55,906 bases of DNA from a bacterium (GTDB lineage Bacteria; Bdellovibrionota_C; UBA2361; OMII01), in NCBI GenBank assembly GCA_017853605.1, contig JAFMJG010000001.1, positions 1 through 55,906 of the forward strand. The letters are read 5' to 3'. Below, piece by piece: positions 50,791 through 55,906 of the stretch. The notes beneath the pieces were generated by a model. It did not search any database and had not been told where the DNA came from. It was given only the letters and a program-made list of their open reading frames with translations. How positions within the stretch are numbered: the stretch's first letter is position 1; each line of letters begins with the position of its first letter. Made by a program: the position numbers and the translations under genes.

Positions 50791-53313
50791 CTAGTTCGCG
50801 CCGGTGGTGGTGTCGCCGGGGGCTCCCTCAGGTCCCGGCTCGTCACTTCCGTTGGTGTCGAGCGGCGCTGGCGCAACCGCCACTACCTTCTCGTTCTCCT
50901 CGAGGTCCATGAGCTTCACGCCGCGGGTATTGCGCCCGATGACCGAAATGTTCTTGGCGCTCGTGCGGATAATCTTCCCCCCTGAGGTAATCAGCATCAG
51001 TCCGCTTGAGCCGGTGACGGTGATCGCCTCGATGACCGGGCCATTGCGCCCTTCGGTCTGGATGTCGATCAGGCCCTTTCCTCCGCGCCCCTGTTGGCGA
51101 TACTCAGTGACGACTGTGCGCTTGCCGAAGCCGTTTTCGCACACGGTGAGGAGCGTCAGCTCCTCAGCTGACTGAGGCTCTCCCTCCTTCGCCTTGCCGA
51201 TGATAGTCATGCTGACGACCCTGTCGTCGCCCTCGAAGCGGATTCCGGTTACGCCGCGGGCGGCCCGGCCCATCGCCCGGACGTTGTCCTCGGCAAACCT
51301 GATCGCCATGCCGTCCCTAGTTGCGAGGATGATGTCGTCGCCCTCGTGGGTGATGGCGGCGCCGATGAGCGTGTCGCCGTCGTCAAGGGTGCAGGCCATG
51401 ATTCCGTTTCTGCGAGATCGCGAGAACTCTTCGAGGGCGGTCTTTTTGATGACCCCCTGGCGGGTTGCGAGCGCAACGCAGGCGCTCTCGCTCCACTGCC
51501 GTATCGGCAGGATAGCGCACACCTTCTCGTCCTCCTTGAGCTCAAGGAGGTTTATGAGCGCCCGCCCGCGCGAGGCGCGGCCAGACTCAGGAATGTTCCA
51601 GACCTTGAGCCAGTAGACGCGGCCCAGGGTGGTGAAGACTAGCAGATCGGCGAGCGTTGAGGTGACAAAGAGGTTCTGGATGAAGTCCTCCTCGTCGGAG
51701 GCGGCACCGATGATTCCCTTGCCCCCGCGGCGCTGCTCACGGTACTCCGACACGGAGGTGCGCTTGACGTAGCCCTTGTGGCTTACGGTCACAACCATCT
51801 CCTCGTCCTCAATCATCTCGGACATGTCGATCTCGCCCCCGTCATCGACGATCTCCGTGCGGCGTGCGTCACCAAACCTCTCCTTCACGTCGTTGAGCTC
51901 GGCGGCGATGATGGCGTCCACCTTCTTGGCGTCTGCGAGGATGCTGAGCAGCTCCTCGATGCGCTTGGCGAGCTCCTCGTGCTCTTGCTCGATAGCAAGG
52001 CGCTCCATGCCGGTGAGCTTCTGGAGGCGCAGGTCGAGGATCGCCTGGGCCTGAATGGTTGAGAGGCTGTAGCGCGCGATGAGCTCGTCGCGGGCGTCCT
52101 TAGGGGTTGATGCCTTGCGGATAAGGGCGATCACCTCATCGAGGTTTAGCAGCGCAATTTTGAAGCCCTCCAAGAGGTGCATGCGCTCCTTGGCTTTCTT
52201 GAGGTCAAACTCAGTGCGCCGCGTGACAACATCCCGGCGGTGGTTGAGGAAGTTGGAGAGCAGGTCGTAGAGCGAGCACACGACGGGCTTGCCGTCGACG
52301 ATCGCCAGGTTCACGATGCCGAAGCTCGACTGCATCGGGGTCATCTTGTAGAGCTGGTTCAGCACCACGTCAGGGGTGGCATCGCGCTTGAGCTCAACGA
52401 CGATTCGCATGCCTGAGCGATCGCTCTCGTCGCGGAGCTTTGAGATGCCGTCTATCTGCTTGTCGTTGACGAGCTCTGCGATCTTTTCGATGAGGCGCGA
52501 CTTGTTGAGCTGGTACGGAATCTCCGTGACCACGATGATGTCTGCCTCTCTCGACTTGGTCTTAATCTTCTCAAAGTGGGCCTTGGCCCGCACTTGGATG
52601 ATGCCGCGCCCGTTTGCATAGGCGCTAATGATCGGCCCTCGCCCGTATATGGCGCCGCCAGTTGGGAAGTCCGGCCCAGGGATAAGCTCAAGGAGCTCCT
52701 GCAGCGAGATGCTTGGGTTGTTGATGACCGCCAGCGCGCCGTTGACGACTTCAGTGAGGTTGTGGGGCGGAATATGGGTCGCCATGCCGACAGCGATTCC
52801 GTTTGCGCCGTTGACGAGCAGGTTCGGGATGACTGACGGAAGAACCGTTGGCTCCAGCGTGGAGTCGTCGAAGTTTGGGGTGAAGTCCACCGTCTCCTTC
52901 TCGATGTCCTCGAGGAGCCGCTCAGCTAGGGCGGTCATGCGGCACTCGGTGTATCGGTACGCGGCAGGGGGATCGCCATCAACAGAGCCGAAGTTTCCCT
53001 GGCCGTCGATCAGGGGATAGCGCAGGTTCCACGGCTGGGCGAGACGAACGAGAGCCTCGTACACCGGCATGTCGCCGTGCGGGTGGTAGCGCTTGAGCAC
53101 CTCGCCCACAACTCCCGCGCACTTGGAGTGCTTGCGGTTCGGCACAAGGCCCTCTTTGAGCATCGCGTAGAGCACGCGGCGCTGCACGGGCTTGAGGCCG
53201 TCGCGAACGTCCGGGAGGGCGCGTCCGACGATAACGCTCATAGCGTAGTCCAGGTAGGACTGGCGCATCTCGGCTTCGATAGTAATGGGCGAAATTTGCT
53301 GTTGATTTTCCAT
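50791..53313 (-). CDS. gyrA: DNA gyrase subunit A
   Basis: 'YLDYAMSVIVGRALPDVRDGLKPVQRRVLYAM', 'HPHGDMPVYEALVRLAQ', active-site region 'AAYRYTECRMT'. C-terminal beta-pinwheel repeats. 840 aa. Confidence 0.97.
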   Translation of the reverse strand: MENQQQISPITIEAEMRQSYLDYAMSVIVGRALPDVRDGLKPVQRRVLYAMLKEGLVPNRKHSKCAGVVGEVLKRYHPHGDMPVYEALVRLAQPWNLRYPLIDGQGNFGSVDGDPPAAYRYTECRMTALAERLLEDIEKETVDFTPNFDDSTLEPTVLPSVIPNLLVNGANGIAVGMATHIPPHNLTEVVNGALAVINNPSISLQELLELIPGPDFPTGGAIYGRGPIISAYANGRGIIQVRAKAHFEKIKTKSREADIIVVTEIPYQLNKSRLIEKIAELVNDKQIDGISKLRDESDRSGMRIVVELKRDATPDVVLNQLYKMTPMQSSFGIVNLAIVDGKPVVCSLYDLLSNFLNHRRDVVTRRTEFDLKKAKERMHLLEGFKIALLNLDEVIALIRKASTPKDARDELIARYSLSTIQAQAILDLRLQKLTGMERLAIEQEHEELAKRIEELLSILADAKKVDAIIAAELNDVKERFGDARRTEIVDDGGEIDMSEMIEDEEMVVTVSHKGYVKRTSVSEYREQRRGGKGIIGAASDEEDFIQNLFVTSTLADLLVFTTLGRVYWLKVWNIPESGRASRGRALINLLELKEDEKVCAILPIRQWSESACVALATRQGVIKKTALEEFSRSRRNGIMACTLDDGDTLIGAAITHEGDDIILATRDGMAIRFAEDNVRAMGRAARGVTGIRFEGDDRVVSMTIIGKAKEGEPQSAEELTLLTVCENGFGKRTVVTEYRQQGRGGKGLIDIQTEGRNGPVIEAITVTGSSGLMLITSGGKIIRTSAKNISVIGRNTRGVKLMDLEENEKVVAVAPAPLDTNGSDEPGPEGAPGDTTTGAN

Positions 53314-53684
53314 TCCGGGAGCATAGGAGATGGAGGGTGAGTGTTCAAGGGTTAATAAACCTAGAAAGCCAATAAAATAGGGGTGTTTCGCCCTCTTTCG
53401 GAAGCGTGGCGAGGTGCTCGCTTCAGGGTGTCAGGATGGGTCGGGATTAGGCCTCAATCGAAGCAGAAAAATGGGCCGACTTGCGGGGGCGCGACCCTGG
53501 GGCGCAGCTGAGCCTGCTTGCCCGGCCTCTCGCAGGCCTTCAGGCGCTTCGAGCAGGTGCCGAGCCACTGCCATCGCCCGGGCGGGACAGGCGGCTGCGG
53601 CGCGCTTCCTCGTGGCAAGTCGCACCCTTTCCGCCAGGCCTCAATACCTGCTATATGACCCCAAGGCTCAAGGCGGTGTAATTC

Positions 53685-54479
53685 ATGAAACTTTCAATAG
53701 TTATCCCTTGCTACAACGAGCGCGCCACGATTCAGCAGATCGTGACAGCGGTGAAGAACGCTCCGGTTCGGGACAAGGAGATCATAATTGTCGATGACTG
53801 CTCCAAGGACGGCACCCAGGAGGTTCTGCGCACCCAGATAGCTCCGCAGGTGGACAAGGTGGTCTACCACGAGGTTAACCAAGGCAAGGGTGCGGCGCTC
53901 CGCACCGGCTTTAAGCACGCCACCGGGGACGTTGTGATCGTGCAGGACGCAGATCTTGAGTACGACCCGCAGGAGTACCCGATCCTGATGGACCCGATTG
54001 AAAAGGGGCGGGCGGACGTGGTTTTTGGTTCCCGCTTCATCGGGGCCCAGCCGCACCGCGTGGTGTACTTCTGGCACATGATGGGCAACCGCTTCCTGAC
54101 GCTGCTCTCGAACATGTTCACCAACCTCAATTTGACGGACATGGAGACCTGCTACAAGCTCTTCCGGCGCGAGGTCATACAGGCGATCGACATCGAAGAG
54201 GAGCGGTTTGGCTTTGAGCCCGAAATAACCGCAAAAGTCGCCGCAATGGGGTGCCGCATCTACGAGGTCGGAATCTCGTATTACGGGCGCACATACGCGG
54301 AAGGCAAGAAGATAGGCTGGAGGGACGGCTTCCGGGCCATCTTCTGCATCCTGAAGTACAACCTTCTCCGCAGCTGCCCGAAGAAGTTCGTCGCGAGCGA
54401 GCACCAGCGCAGGATTGAGGAGGCCTCCTCAAGCCACGGCTCGGCGGGCGCTGAGGCTTCCGGCGGGCAGCTCCACTAG
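53685..54479 (+). CDS. Family 2 glycosyltransferase (polyprenyl-phosphate sugar transferase, DPM1/ArnC-like)
   Basis: '[18 protein letters not shown]', '[12 protein letters not shown]', '[31 protein letters not shown]'. Confidence 0.85.
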   Translation: MKLSIVIPCYNERATIQQIVTAVKNAPVRDKEIIIVDDCSKDGTQEVLRTQIAPQVDKVVYHEVNQGKGAALRTGFKHATGDVVIVQDADLEYDPQEYPILMDPIEKGRADVVFGSRFIGAQPHRVVYFWHMMGNRFLTLLSNMFTNLNLTDMETCYKLFRREVIQAIDIEEERFGFEPEITAKVAAMGCRIYEVGISYYGRTYAEGKKIGWRDGFRAIFCILKYNLLRSCPKKFVASEHQRRIEEASSSHGSAGAEASGGQLH

Positions 54480-54686
54480 GGGCGAATGTAACAGCAGTTG
54501 CAAAAACAGGGCGTGAAAGCGCGAGCGATTCCCCTTTCTCGCCGAGCTGGAGCAGAATAGGCAAAACTTGCCGCTGTCAATTGTGCCATCCTGGCGCCTC
54601 TGCTAGGTGTCGAGAACCTGTGCCGAACGGCGCCGCATCCTCAGACAGAGGGAAGCCTTTTCAACGACACAGGCATACGCAAGAGC

Positions 54687-55906
54687 ATGGGAAACGAAGT
54701 GACGAGACTCGAACTTCTATCCGGTGAGGACATGGACGCCCCGATCTCCGGGCCGCATGAGGCAGGGCAGGTCCGCAAGCTCGGCGCCTGGAGCGCCATT
54801 GTCATCTTGGCCCTCGTAGCGCTGGCGTACTTCGCCCAGGAGGTCATGTATGGCAGCCAGTGGCTTCGGCAGCTCGGCGCTGACTACGGTGTTGTCTGGG
54901 ACGAGAGGCGAGCGCTCACAATCGCGTCAGCGGCCTTGCTGCTCTCGGGTCTCGGCGCTGGGCTGCTCGCCTGCGCTGGCGGCAGCCTGACGGCGCCCGT
55001 GGGGGCGGCTCCCGGGCATGCGCGGCGGGGCAGCGAGCGCCTGGGGCGCTGGACCCTTGCGGCCTTTTGGTTGGTGCTGCTTGCGAGCATTGGCTGCGCG
55101 GCTGCGGCACAGTGGCGCATCATCACCGTTGGGGAGGACGTGCTGACGCGGGGCTACTGGCTTCTCAGCATGGCAGTCTTCATCGGGGCCCAGGCGATCC
55201 TCGCGTATGCATCTGCTCCCCTTGCCGACAGCCAAAAGTCACCCCCCTTTCGGGCCATCAACTGGGCCGTCTTTGGCTTGATTGTGGTAGCGGCGTTCGC
55301 CCTTCGGGCCTACGACATAGGAGAGCTGCCTCGGCAGCTCAACCAGGACGTTGCGATTGTGGGCAACGATGCGCGCGCAAACTTGTCGGAGCGGGGACTG
55401 CGCATCTTCGGCACGTCGCACCTCGGATCGCCGCAGATGGCGCTGGCACTGCCGACGCTGTCCATGGCGCTCTTCGGGCAGGACCTTGCCGGCCTGCGCA
55501 TGACGGGCGTCCTGCTCGGGACGATCATGGTTGGCGCAGTGTACGTGCTCGTGTGGCGGGCATTTGACTCTCACCGCTTGGCGGGAGTGGCGAGCCTCCT
55601 CATCGCATTGCATAACCCCCTCATCCAGTTCTCTAGGCACATTTACAATATTGATCCTTGGGGCGTCTTCGCAGTGGCTATCGCTTTTGCGGTGCATGGC
55701 TTCCGCAGCGACAGGGTGTGGCCTATAGGGATTGCAGGCCTCCTGACGGGCTTTACCACGCAGCTCTACCTATCAAGCAGGGTTGTGCCCATCATCCTCG
55801 CAGTTTTCATCTTTTTTGTGTGGCAGTTCAGGTCTAGCCGCCTTTCGCGCCCGTGGGCAGCGCTGGGCGCATTCCTGTGCGGCACCGTTCTCTGCTGGGC
55901 CCCGAA
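54687..55906 (+). CDS. Polytopic membrane protein, GT-C-like (ArnT/PMT-like) candidate; 3' end truncated by the window
   Basis: Not in the track because there is no stop before the window end. I read this frame as open from the ATG at 54687: 'MGNEVTRLELLSGEDMD...AWSAIVILALVALAYF...WTLAAFWLVLLASIGC...INWAVFGLIVVAAFALRAYDIGELP...LRMTGVLLGTIMVGAVYVLVW...'. It has many hydrophobic helices and follows a DPM1/ArnC-like GT2. Confidence 0.55.
   Translation, partial: MGNEVTRLELLSGEDMDAPISGPHEAGQVRKLGAWSAIVILALVALAYFAQEVMYGSQWLRQLGADYGVVWDERRALTIASAALLLSGLGAGLLACAGGSLTAPVGAAPGHARRGSERLGRWTLAAFWLVLLASIGCAAAAQWRIITVGEDVLTRGYWLLSMAVFIGAQAILAYASAPLADSQKSPPFRAINWAVFGLIVVAAFALRAYDIGELPRQLNQDVAIVGNDARANLSERGLRIFGTSHLGSPQMALALPTLSMALFGQDLAGLRMTGVLLGTIMVGAVYVLVWRAFDSHRLAGVASLLIALHNPLIQFSRHIYNIDPWGVFAVAIAFAVHGFRSDRVWPIGIAGLLTGFTTQLYLSSRVVPIILAVFIFFVWQFRSSRLSRPWAALGAFLCGTVLCWAP

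Noticed and set aside
1-55906. CRISPR arrays, prophage, transposon or integron boundaries, and rRNA or tRNA genes.
   Set aside because: I saw no regularly spaced direct repeats, no transposase, integrase or recombinase motifs, and no terminal inverted repeats flanking gene blocks. Gene content is mostly core housekeeping.

Overview
This is a GC-rich, densely coded bacterial chromosomal segment with about 45 protein genes on both strands. I recognised no rRNA, tRNA, CRISPR array, transposase or integrase. All calls come from reading motifs in the supplied translations and the DNA by eye; no database, HMM or folding search was run.

The backbone is housekeeping:
- DNA and RNA metabolism: recJ, topA, gyrA, rppH-like Nudix.
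- The rpmH-rnpA-yidD-yidC-mnmE block.
- Two lepB copies flanking ygfZ-pyrE-ccmH-like.
- ctaB/cyoE, gpsA, dsbD-like and tldD-like.
- Pilus or secretion related genes: a GspE/PilB-type ATPase, pilD, and a sigma-54 enhancer-binding response regulator.

Less ordinary elements sit between these:
1. Three tandem, diverged WD40 beta-propeller paralogues (8895-13129).
2. A Memo-family protein with a PqqD/RRE-like N-terminal domain. It has a sigma-54-type promoter motif upstream and an orphan lower-GC small ORF downstream (43240-45229).
3. An overlap-coupled PLP aminotransferase plus a possible nicotianamine-synthase-like protein, behind an AT-rich island (34347-37060).
4. A Pol-beta nucleotidyltransferase/HAD phosphatase fusion facing a kinase-like three-gene operon (12-4725).
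5. A pseudo-receiver/degenerate-DHp protein behind a lone TldD.
6. Two separate GT2 + polytopic-membrane (GT-C-like) glycosylation modules.

None of these is proven to be a new system. The WD40 trio, the Memo fusion and the aminotransferase/NAS-like pair are the best candidates for follow-up.
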